Of a DNA stretch of 64,000 nt, positions 41,701 through 53,068 are shown piece after piece. Made by a program: the position numbers and the translations under genes. A model generated the notes under the pieces. That model was given only the letters and a program-made list of their open reading frames with translations. It was not told the origin of the DNA and did not search any database. Source of the stretch: Eledone cirrhosa (lineage: Eukaryota); contig OZ024742.1 in assembly GCA_964016885.1 (NCBI GenBank), forward strand, positions 245,396,001 through 245,460,000, given 5' to 3'. Each line of letters opens with the position of its first letter. Position 1 is the first letter of the stretch.

Positions 41701-42389
41701 GAAGAACCTTTTCTTAAGTTATGTTCCAAAAAGAAAAGTAAATGAGCCAATCATCACTTTGAATCAAGGAAACAATGTTTCCAATGGTTTTTCCATTGCT
41801 GATATTATCTGCTGTTTGCAATTTAACCATTTAGCATTTACATTACTCTATATATACTATTGTATTTTTGTGATAAAGGCTTTATCTTACATAATTATCT
41901 CACATAATATCAATGAGATTTTGATATTATTTATTTTGAGAACAATACCTTAACATCAGTATGAGCAGCTGGTTACAGCAGGTTTAAACAGAAAGAGGTG
42001 AGAGAATTTTGGTCGGATATAGCTGGTTTAAATGCTAAAGGGTTAACCCAATAAAAACACTGCCTATGATTTTTAAATAATTCTGAAAATAATGAAGAAT
42101 TTGGAAGGATTTAGGAAAATAACTAACTTTTTCATAATTGAGCTGATATTTAGGGCATAACTTAAGGTTCTTACAGAAAATTATGATGGAAAATTTTAAA
42201 CATATACATTTTAATTTTAAAATAAACAATTTGATTTGTAGAACCACAAGCAATTCCAGGTAGCTTGGTATAAAAAAAGATTAACAAGTTAGTATAATCC
42301 TAAATCAGTACTAATTTTTGATTATTTGTAAAATCAATTGAAAATCATAGACAGTTTATTTATATTTCATTAGAAATATAGAAAAAGAG

Positions 42390-42617
42390 TTAACCCTTTC
42401 AATAATAAACTGCTCCTGATTCTATGATACAACAATGTTTATTTCAAAGTATTTATATTTATCTGAAAGCCTTCCATCATAATTATGTTCTAAACACCAA
42501 CTTAATAATGAGAAAGTAAGTTATATTTCTAAATCCCTTCAAATCCTTGATTATTTTCAAGATTAATTGAAAATTATAGGCAGTCTTTCATTGGGAATAT
42601 GATAATGAAATGGTTAA
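42390..42617 (+). mobile_element. piggyBac-like MITE family 2 (older, >10 copies, e.g. 274-530, 6380-6917, 25480-25737, 50720-51005, 51005-51840)
   Basis: ttaacccttt...ttctatgatac...ccttccatcataa...gaaatatg.taatgaaa(g/t)ggttaa. Confidence 0.65.
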
Positions 42618-44704
42618 GACAACTTTCAGTAAATAAGTCATACATGTGATTAGTAGTAAATTAAGCTGTTACTGTTCTGCCCCAGGTCAGTTCTGATCAA
42701 GCAGATCTATGGTTAAAGATATTCCTGCTATGATAATCTTGTCTTTTTCTCAGACACATTGAATCTAGGGTTATATTATTTTAGATTATTTATATTTATC
42801 TAAAAACCTTCCATCATAATTTTATGTAAGTATCTTTGTTGTGTTATGTTCCTAACACCAAGCTGATAATGAATGTTAATTATTTTACTAAATACCTCCA
42901 AATTCTTGATTATTTTCAAAATATAGGCAGTGTATTTCAGTAGAAATATGGTAAGGAAGGTTTAAAGATATCTCGTGTTGAATATGACTTCTGAGTGTTT
43001 AGCAGAGTTTAATTGGCACTCTGTCAGCTACAACAAGTGTTCCAGTTGATTCATGCAACAGAACAGCCTGCTCATGAAATTATCATGCAAGTGGCTGAGA
43101 ATTCCACAGACATGTGTACCCTTAACGAGATTCAGCATTACACAGAATGTGACATGGCTGGCCTTTTGAATTACAGGTACAACTCATTTTTACCAGCTGA
43201 GTGGACTGGAGCAACATGAAATAAAGAGTCTTGCTCAAGGACAAAATGCACTGCCGGGAATCAAACTCATGACCATCCAATCATGCGCCAAATACTCTAA
43301 CCACTAAGCCACACGCATTCACAGCAGACTTTACACAAAATGAAACTCAACAAACTCAGCATAAAGTAAGAAAAACAGTTGTTAAATGACAGCGATTGAG
43401 TTTTACGCAGTATTGTCAATGACACCTGTACTTTACCATTTAATTATACAAGCAAGACACGTGATACATTTTGTCATACCTTACTCTATACTATATAATT
43501 TCACTACATCATACCATTTCATTTTAAGAACATATAACAATAGAACGATTCATTCGTTTGTTTTTGTTCTGTTTGCTTCTCTCTCTCCCTCTCTCTCTCC
43601 CCTCCCTTTCTCTCTCTGCATTATGTCGTGTTACTTTAAATAGAAAGTATATATGTAGCATCCATATTTTAGCATAATTTTTACATCAACATTCCAGGCT
43701 GTTGTGAGTTGGACAAAACATTTTTTTAAATAGTTTTCCATGGCTGGATGCCCTGCCCATCTTAATGCCAACCTTTATTTGTTAAATCTTCTTTTGTACT
43801 TTTTTTAAAGTAAGGTGTACAGCTTAGTGGTTAGAGAATTGGATTCGCAATTGTGAGGTTGCAAGTTTGATTCCCAGACTGGGCAATGCGTTATGTCCTT
43901 GAGCAAGGTACCTGTTCAACTGACAAGTTAGCAGAATAGTTAGAACATCAGATAGAATGCTTTATGGTATTCGTTCTGGCTCCTTGCATTTTCAGTTCAA
44001 ATCCTGCTGAGATCAACTTCACTTTTTTACTCTTTTGAGGTCAATAAATAAGATACCAGTCCTGTACTGGAGTCAATTTTTTTCTCTAATTCACATTTTC
44101 TTGGGAGGAAATCGGTTATGTTCAGACCTAGAGAAGGATGCATCCCACTAGGTTTAAAAGGGCCAAGACATGCCATATGTCGAGATGTCCCACCCCTACA
44201 TCTCCATCAAGAGTTAAGAGCCCATACATGGATGGACTTGTTGTTCCACTGAACTTCACATGTCAAAGCACTGAGCTGCAAGAAACATTTATGGTACACA
44301 AATAACACCAGCTGCCAAACCAGTGTTAATGCAAATACATGTGGAGACAAACATGCACACAGATACACACATGACAGGTTTACATACAATTTCAATCAAA
44401 AGGCATTGGTCAATCTAAGGCTATAATAGAAGACACTAAGCTAAGGTGCCATGCAGTGGGATCTAGCTCTAGATTATGTAGTTGAAAAGTAAAATACTTA
44501 ACCACAAAGCCATGTCTGTGCCTATTCATATTTATATTATTTATATCATTATAAACTAATTCACATATAAAGTGGAGGTGCGTGACCTAATGGTGAGGAT
44601 GTGGGATTCATCATTAAGTCATGATTATAACGTTGTGGGTTCAATTCCTGGATAAGACAATGTGGTCTGAGCAAGGCATTTTATTTCAGTTTACTTTTCA
44701 CAAT

Positions 44705-45112
44705 AGGACTGGGGCCCCTATAATTAAAACACCAAAGAAACCTTGTGTGAAATGCAACCTTGTATGAGGCCAGCTAAACCTGTATAAGTGTCAACTATAA
44801 CAATATGGTAGGACTGGGGTCCCTATCATTAAAACACCTGACAAACCTCCTATGAAATGTAACCTCGTAAGAGGTTAGCTAAACATGTATATGTGTGAGC
44901 CGTAACATGGCATGACTGGTGTCCCTATCTTTGAAACACCTGAGAAACCTCCTATGAGATGTAACCTTATATGAGGCCTGATAAACCAGTATAGGTTTGA
45001 GCTGTAACAACATGGCATGACTGTGGCTCTTATCATTAAAACACCCAAGAAACCTCCTATGAGATGCAATCTGATAGGAAGCCAGCTAAACCTCTATAGG
45101 TGTAAGCTATAA
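44705..45112 (+). repeat. ~104-bp tandem repeat x4 following a SINE C head
   Basis: Units gactggggccc(c)tat..ttaaaacacc..gaaacctcctatga.atg.aacc start at ~44705, 44809, 44911 and 45015. Confidence 0.8.
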
Positions 45113-45929
45113 ACTATCATTTTCCCACATATTATAATGTAGAAAAGAACCAATTTCATTTTTTATAGAGTATTGTGAAATGCTCACACAGTTGAACATA
45201 TAATTCTTTTAACAAAATTTCTTTCCTTCAATGGATTTGTGTGATCCAGATTAAAATATAGATGCCCTGTCTGGTATCTAACAGAGCAAGAATTTTCTGA
45301 TGTAGAGACTGCTTATGGATGCTGTCTAATATTTCATGATAAGAAATGGTCCTAAACAAATAAATAAAGAAATAAATAAAATCATGGATGCTTTTAGTGG
45401 AGTCCATTCTGTTAGAAGCTTTCAACCAGATCTCTGATTTGTGGATACTTTCCTCCTTCCTTACCACCCATAAACCCCAGAGATACTAAAATGGGTCATT
45501 GGCTCCACTCTTTTTTCATTTACTAAACAGTAAAAAAAAAAAAATCCAAACTTCTAACACACATACATACACATATACAAATAAAATTTAAAATAAAAAT
45601 GTCAGTTTTTTGTTTTTGTTGTTGATATTGTTGTTATCTCTGCTGAACAGAAAGTAAGTGTATATGATAGCTAAAGTAATGGTTGAGATAAGAGAGCAGT
45701 TTGAGCTTCTCCAATGATTCTATCTAACCTTCTATCAAACAAAGACTACCCACCACTGAGTAACTTGGTACAGAGAGAATAGATAAGGTTAACCTAGCAA
45801 CAGGAGTTCATTTTCTAGCTAAGGTCACACAGAATGTTGTTAGATTGTGGAAATGGCGGCTAACAGCAACCATAATAATAATATGCCGTGAACATTACTA
45901 TTTGTGTGTCTGTGTAAATAAATATATAT

Positions 45930-46119
45930 ATCAGAATGGAAGCGGTAATAACCAGTTAGACCATTACTCACCAGAGTACTCGATACTTGGGGTAGTAGAG
46001 TGGGTAATAGGAAAAATTCTGGACTCCAATTGCTGAGCTCTTGTCGTTTCAACAGCTAGATCCGATCTAGCTGTTGAAATGGCAGGAGCTCAGCATCAGG
46101 GGTCCTGAATTTTTCCTAT
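45930..46119. mobile_element. Fold-back mini-element of the 31624 family
   Basis: Same body followed by hairpin 46007-46119 centred on agatc-c-gatct; flanked by (TA)n. Confidence 0.7.
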
Positions 46120-46182
46120 ATATATATATATATATATAAAATGATATTAAATAAATGGAAACTATATTTATAAAACCATATT

Positions 46183-46247
46183 TATTTTATTATATATATT
46201 TCAAGGGTAACCAAGACAACATTGGTACGCTTTCATCAGATAAAATA
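46183..46247 (-). ncRNA. Minimal type I hammerhead ribozyme motif (left arm of palindrome)
   Basis: Reverse-complement copy of 46379-46443 with the core intact. Confidence 0.7.
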
Positions 46248-46378
46248 CAAAGTTTGTTTTATAAATAGAGACATACCCATGAAAATCATACCTTATCGGT
46301 TGGAAATTCACTGGATAGTTTTCCAACCGATAAGGTATGATTTTCATGGGTATGTCTCTATTTATAAAACAAATTTTG

Positions 46379-46443
46379 TATTTTATCTGATGAAAGCGTA
46401 CCAATGTTGTCTTGGTTGCCCTTGAAATATATATAATAAAATA
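46379..46443 (+). ncRNA. Minimal type I hammerhead ribozyme motif (right arm of palindrome)
   Basis: tattttat-CTGATGA-aagcgtaccaa tgttgtc ttggttgccctt-GAAA-tatata-TA-ataaaata. Perfect 8-bp stem I, imperfect long stem II, palindromic stem III, AUA site (cleavage after 46435). Confidence 0.7.
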
Positions 46444-46579
46444 AATATGGTTTTATAAATATTGTTTCCATTTATTTAATATCATTGAATATTTACTCCA
46501 GTAATCTGTTGAGTTCTCTAAATCAGTTATAAACATGTATATTTTTCGGACTTCCAACAAATTAAATACCACTTCTACT

Positions 46580-46635
<56 letters not shown>

Positions 46636-46940
46636 TGTGGTGCTAAGACTGGGGAGACCACAAATAAGAGGTATACTCTATGCATTAAGTACACCCGAGT
46701 TACAGCTGGCCTTGCCGAAAACTAAATATAAAATTAGAATTTTATTTCTCGCCCTAGCACAGCTGATGCATATATGTAAGTATGCATATGTACACACATA
46801 CATACACACACACATATATATATATATATACACACACATGGTCAGCTGTAACTTGCTCAGTATGCAAATGAGGCTACTCAGCTGATGTGTAAGAAAATAT
46901 TATATATTTTAAACCGTTCAACAGATTGGCAGAGGTATAG

Positions 46941-46979
46941 GGTCCTGATGAAGGGTAATAACCCAGAAACATGTTGATT
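46941..46979 (+). ncRNA. Slightly decayed hammerhead ribozyme motif
   Basis: ggtc-CTGATGA-a-gggt aata accc-a-GAAA-catg-TT-gatt. Palindromic ACATGT stem III; gttgat is compatible with decay of GTC|GAC. Confidence 0.55.
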
Positions 46980-47169
46980 GTTTCTCAATGCCAGTGTTGA
47001 ACAAACATATGACAATTTGTCATCGGCACAGCTTTAATCGGGCCGTTTGTTTACAAATGAATCGAATATTATTATTAATATTCAATATAACCCATATGTA
47101 CATATGTATATGTATATGTGTGTGTGTGTGTATATATATACATAATATATGTGTGTACATATGCATACT

Positions 47170-47382
47170 TAGAGATGGCAACATGAATGGACCTGTTATT
47201 TTTCTCTAAAAACATTTTTTCCAATTCCACCCCACCCTTCTCTTCAATCTTTCTAATTTCTCATTCTTTCTTCTGATGAAGGACTAGCGTCTGAAACGTT
47301 AAGACCCTCTTCCTGCTATATCAAGCGTTACCCTAATATATTCCTTCCATATACTGTACCAATTGTTTTGTTATTTCTGTTT
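47170..47382 (+). mobile_element. Penelope-like terminal repeat fragment (second, truncated copy at 4641-4746)
   Basis: gagatggcaa(c/t)atgaatggacctgttatttttctctaaaaacatt... is shared by both copies; this one carries the hammerhead at 47271. Confidence 0.55.
47271..47304 (+). ncRNA. Minimal hammerhead ribozyme motif in a Penelope-like terminal repeat
   Basis: tctt-CTGATGA-a-ggac tagc gtct-GAAA-cg-TT-aaga. Stem II GGAC/GTCT, palindromic ACGT stem III, stem I TCTT/AAGA. Confidence 0.6.
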
Positions 47383-48512
47383 ACCTCCAGATCCCCTCAG
47401 GGAAATGGCCTTGCTCAGTATGTAGGAAAGGTGTAGGTAGGAACTCCATTCTCTGCCCCAAATGCAAACAATGGGTACACAAGAGATGTAGCGGGATCTC
47501 AGGAAGCTTAATTAAGAATGTAGGCTTCACATGCAGCAGCTGTGCTGGGACAGCAAGCAGCAAACAGCCACAGGAAACAAATACCACCAATCTCTGGGAG
47601 GGCTCTGTAGAAACAGTAGACAGCTTCTGCTACCTAGGTGACCGAATTAGCAGCGGAGGTGGGTGTTCTGAAAGTACAATAACTAGGGTAAGAACGGGAT
47701 GGAAGAAGTTCAGGGAACTACTGCCACTGCTAGCTGCAAAAGGCTTCTCCCTCAGAATGAAAGGTAGACTGTATGATGCGTGTATACGAACAGCAATGTT
47801 ACATGGTAGTGAGACCAGGGCGCTGAAGGTGGAAGACTTACATAGATTAGAAAGAAACGAAGCCTGCATGCTCCGATGGATGTGTAATAGTAATATACGC
47901 GAACGACAAAGCATAAATGAATTGAGAGCGAGACTGAGCATAAGAGGAATCAAATGCTGTGTGCAGGAGAGGCGGTTGTGTTGGTATGGACATGTGATGC
48001 GTATGAAGGATGACAGCTGCATAAAAAGGTGCAGAGCACTAGAAGTCAATGGAGACCGCGGAGTGGGGAGACCCAAGAAGACCTGGGATGAGGTGATAAA
48101 AGCCGACCTTACCCACTTACCCAATTACACCTCTCAAAGGCGATGACACACGACCGTGACCTCTGGCGTCACGCAGTAATACAGAGTACCCGACCTCCTA
48201 TGGGTACAAGCTGAAGCATATAGACAATATGCCCCCACACCCTCCCACTGCAAGGTGGTCATGGAGGTGCCACGGCGAAAAAGCACCCAGCCCACACTGT
48301 AAAGTGGACGTGTAGGCGCCACGGAAAAAGCACCCAGCACTCACTGTAAATGAGGTTGGTGTTAGGAAGGGCACCCAGCTGTAGAAATCAAGCCAAAATC
48401 AGTTCCTGTATGAGCAAGGCATGGTCAGCCGACCAGACACTGCCCACAACAGGACAACCCGTCTAACCCATGCTAGCATGGAAGAACGATCATAAAACGG
48501 TGATGATGATGA
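47383..48512 (+). mobile_element. 5'-truncated young RTE-clade LINE with 3' tail
   Basis: ~250 open codons: WPCSVCRKGVGRNSILCPKCKQWVHKRCSG (zinc finger), VDSFCYLGD, GRLYDACIRTAMLHGSE, WYGHVMRM, GRPKKTWDEVI. Ends in (GAT)n. Confidence 0.9.
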
Positions 48513-48690
48513 CCTTTTACATACACAAACATATATGTATATATATATATATATAAATAGAAGCTTTCGCCATATTTTTTTGACTAAAGAAATTTTAGCC
48601 TGATAGTGGGGTTTAGAACCCTCTAAGAAATGGAAAAAGATGCATATTGCTTCTGCTTCTATTTTCAAACTCGCTCGCTGTTTCAAAACA

Positions 48691-48757
<67 letters not shown>

Positions 48758-49067
48758 TTAAACCTGTAACACCTGAGAAAGTTGTAGGGGTGCCATATTT
48801 ACATATGACATTTCTAGGGCTTTTTAAAACTTGTCGGAGCCCATCTCCTCTCCAGGAGATTTCTTCCAAAGAAGGATAGAGAGTAAGAGAAAAGAAGCAA
48901 GAAAGAGATATAGAGGAAGAAACGACCCCAGTACTAGACTGGTACTTTTTTTATCTGCCTTAAATGGATGAAAGTTGACCTCGAAAGTTGGAACGAATCC
49001 AATGTTTTGACAACTTTGCCAATTCACCGCCTCATATATATATTACATAAGATCATATATATATAAT

Positions 49068-49099
<32 letters not shown>

Positions 49100-50376
49100 C
49101 ATATATATATCATCATCATTTTATGTCTGTTTTTCCATGCTGGGATGGGTTGGATGTGTAGAGGGGGAGGTTACCTTTGTTTATATTAAAAGGAGTATGA
49201 AAACATTATCAATAGTTGGGCTTTGCTAAACATACCATCAGAATGGAAACATGCTGATAATGCTTATATCTATAATTATTTTAGTCTTTTATTTATATTA
49301 ATTCCTATATTACACCATTTCACTTATGTTAATATGCTCCTGCTATATGTTTGAATCTCACACACAGCCATTTCTCTTTTCTTAAAGTATGAGTCTATTG
49401 AAAAAAAAAAAATATGAAATTTACAGTTAACATTTCTGTAAGTTTAGCTACCCTTCTTATAAGATTACATATCATGGGAAGTTTCTCAGATGTTTTAATG
49501 ATAGGGACTCCAGTCATATGAAAAAAATAATGTGAAATGAAGCATCTTTCTCATGGACAGATGCTGCCTGGACCAGGATTTGAACCTAAAACGTTATGAT
49601 CATGAATCAAACACCTCAACCACTCGACTATACATCTTCACCTTTTCATGATCATATTTCAAATGAAATACATTGTATTCCAATTAATCATTGAAGAATT
49701 TGAAGGAATTTACTAAAATTCTTAGTTATTTCATTATTAAATTGGTATTTGTAACAACCTTCAACAATTGGCATTAACAACCAGATTCACTTTCATACTA
49801 CATGTTTTATCGTTTCCAAAAAATTCAATCAATTTAGCTTATTGAAGTTATCTCTTCTGTGTGTTGTCTTTAGATTTTAATTATTCATAGGAGTTTCTGT
49901 CTACTAATTGCATGGATAATCTCAGTTAACGTTTTTAAACTACCTATATATTACATATGAGAGAGAGAGAGGCCCTATCATAATATTTGCTAAATTTTCA
50001 ACATAATCACTCAGTTGAAGTAATGTAATAAACATAGTGTTTGTAAATAAAGCAGTACAGTAATGCACTGTATAACACATACCACGTTAACTATGCAAAA
50101 ATTAAATGTGTTTTAAAGTAGTACACAACTTAACAATGTATACAATTCATAAACTGAAATTTATCTCAACTCAGGAAGTGGCTATTTGTAAATCGGCTAT
50201 AGATTCTCCTCACACACTATCATTTTCCAAAATTCACTCAAGGACATACAATTGTGTAGGAGAGTTGTTGCTGTTTAGCCCCAAGTCAACCCTGATCAAG
50301 CAGAGCTATAATCAAAGACATCCGAGCCATAACCATCCCAACATTTTAAGGGTACCTGACATTATATTATCTAACG

Positions 50377-50694
50377 CAGGGGTGTGCAACATATTCAATT
50401 GGCAGGCCACTTTTGAACATTGGAACAACTATTAGGGCCATTAATATTTATTAAGCACTATTCCAAAGATTCACCACAACTTCTTTCCATAACATGGAAC
50501 TGTGAAATTATAACACACATACCCTATCAGTGAAGCCCTTTAGTATAGGCCAACTAACAGAAAATTGTATTATGCTTGCGGAAAAAATTCTAAATAAGCC
50601 TACAAGGTAAAAATTTTAAATGGTCATCGCAGGCCATTCTGACTGGTCTGGCGGGCTGGATTGTGGCTCGTGGGCCACCTGTTACATGCCCCTG
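50377..50694. mobile_element. hAT MITE with 8-bp TSD nested in an older SINE
   Basis: TIRs caggggtgtgcaac / gttacatgcccctg; TSD atctaacg (50369-50376) and atctaatg (50695-50702). Confidence 0.85.
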
Positions 50695-51097
50695 ATCTAA
50701 TGCTTCCTTTCTTTATTCAATCATTTGGGTACCAAACTATCTGAAACTGCCATTGGTTGTACCAAACAAAACTGCTTGTCTCAACCATTTAGATAGCAAA
50801 CCACATGAAACCACCCATGGTTCATTTTAAAGTGGTTAACTTTCCATCATAATTCTATGTAAGAACCTTGTTTAGTTATGTTCCAAACACCAGCTAATAA
50901 TGAGAAAGTTTGTTATAGCACTAATCTGTCCACATTGTTGATTTTTTCAAAATGATTTGAAAATTATAAGCAGTATCTCAGTAGAATATGGTAACGAAGG
51001 AGTTAAAATGTTTGTTTATCTAAAAATCATCCCTCATAATTTTACATAACAATCTTTAAGTTATGCTCCACACACGAAATTAATGAGAAAATAAGTT

Positions 51098-51728
51098 CTT
51101 CTTCGCCCACTCATTCCTGAGAGGGTCGTGGGGGCAGAGTCCTCACACACTCCTTCCAGCAGGTCCTGTCAGAAGCAACTGTCTCCAACAAATCTGGCTG
51201 GATCTCCAAGCGTGACCAGCCAAGCTCATAGATGTTATCCAACCATCTTGCTCAGGGTCTATACCTGGGTCTCTTACCAGTTAGTTTTGCTCATAAAATC
51301 TGTCCAGCGATTCCTTCCAGAGACATTCTACCCACATGCCCATAGTATTAGTGCTGTGATATTTCAATTCGAAGTAGCAACTCTACCTGGAGTGACTCTC
51401 TAATCTCCGTCCTTTCAAGGAAGCCTGCACATGTGAATGGAATTCCACTGAAGCAAGTAAAGAAGTTCAAGTATCTCGGGGCAGTATTCACAAGTGATGG
51501 AAGGCAGGAGGCTGAATTAAGTGCAAGAATTGCAAAAGCTGGTGCAGTAATGTGCCAGCTTCAGCATTCAGTAATCAGAAGAGGAGGTGAGCGTAAAAGC
51601 CAAACTTGCTATCTTCAATTTGGTTTTCATGCCAACCCTTACCTATGGTCATGAATCTTGGGTAATGACTGAAAGAATATGATTGTGAATACAAGCAGCC
51701 AAAATGGGATTCCTCCAAAGGGTCTTTG
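51098..51728 (-). mobile_element. Expander/Rex3-like RTE insertion with inverted 5' part and 13-bp TSD
   Basis: Minus 51098-51410 reads EIRESLQVELLLRIE...YGHVGRM...LPPRP with a (GAA)n tail. Plus 51410-51728 reads QVKKFKYLGAVFTSDG...LTYGHESW...FLQRVFG. TSD gagaaaataagtt at 51085-51097 and 51729-51741. Confidence 0.85.
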
Positions 51729-52886
51729 GAGAAAATAAGTTTTATTACTTAAATTCCATCGAATTCTTGGTTGTTTTCAAAATTATTTGAAAATCATAGG
51801 CAATGCGTTTTTATTAGAAATATGGTAATGGATGAATTAAGACAATGTCTTACATGGTCCCTTAGGAACAAGGGAATATACAGCACCTCGTTACTATGTT
51901 CTGGGTGAGTTTAGTAAACACTGATTGAAGCATTTCAGCTGTGAGACCACCTCACATATTGTTTTTTTAGACATAGTGCATCTCAATTTTATAAAAGAAA
52001 AGATTTATATAAGAAAATGTTATTCAAGTTCCAAACACCAGCTTTAAAGATATGAAAAAATGTTAGGTGTTACTAAAGCCTTTATAAATTGTTGATTATT
52101 TTCAAAATAATTGAAAATCGTAGGCAGTGTATTTCATTAGAAATATGGTACCGAAAGCGTTAGGTTGTACAACAAAAGGAAAATATATCAGGAGCTTGCA
52201 GTATAGTGACATAAATATCTTTTTTAAGACAGTGTTTTCATGTAGTGTTTAGAACATCAGTGACTGGCCAAAATCTCTGTTCTTCATGTTAGTGTCAAAT
52301 TACATTGGGAAGAAGGAAGAATACCATCCCTAGACTATCTGACTAGTCACTTTCCTCTCCTGTTCCCAAGAAAAAATCTTTGAACACCAGACTACCGTAG
52401 TGGTGATGGATGTGCCAGTGGCATAATATTTATTTTCATCAAAACAAAACGTCAAAATAACATGACAATTTCTTAAATATCAATAGTGTGAAACATTGAA
52501 ATATATTCTTTTGTTTTTTTACTTGTTTCAGTCATTAAGATGCGGCCTAGCTGGGGTAACGCCACCCAAAGTGCCTGATACTGCATATTGCTATTTGCTT
52601 GCTTTTAATATACTTTTTGCAGAGATTTAAACAATAGAAGACATTTCAGATGCTAAATAATCTTTAAAGTAAGGGAAAATGAAAAGTAGTAAATCACTTA
52701 GAGAAATATATCTTACAGATAGACACAAAGAATGGTTGTATTTTCCTGGTGATTTTATACGAATGAAACAGCTCTAGTCTTGTAGAAATAATTATATAAA
52801 AAATAAAGACGCCTTACTCTACTAACGTAGCGTCAGACACCATGGTTTGTGACACTGAGTTACGTTCTGAGTTCAAATCCCTCCAA

Positions 52887-53068
52887 GGTGGATTGGCAGT
52901 ATCGGTAGGGGTCGGACGCCATGCTTTGCGGCACAGTTACGTCCTGAGTTCAAATCCCGCCGAGGTTAACTTTGCCTTTCATCGTTACGGGGTCGATAAA
53001 ATAAAGTACCAGTAATACACTGAGATAATTGCTGGCCTTGTGCCAAAAGTAGAAACAATTATTATTAT
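52887..53068 (+). mobile_element. SINE family A (CpGs retained)
   Basis: ggtggattggcagtatcggt...gagttcaaatcccgccgaggttaac...agaaacaatt. Confidence 0.85.

Larger units (their letters stand above)
46140..46486. repeat. ~347-bp palindrome carrying a hammerhead in each arm
   Basis: Arms ~167 bp with a few mismatches; loop ttcactggatagt; mirror ORFs 46201..46404(-) and 46222..46425(+); adjacent to a (TA)n tract. Confidence 0.9.
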
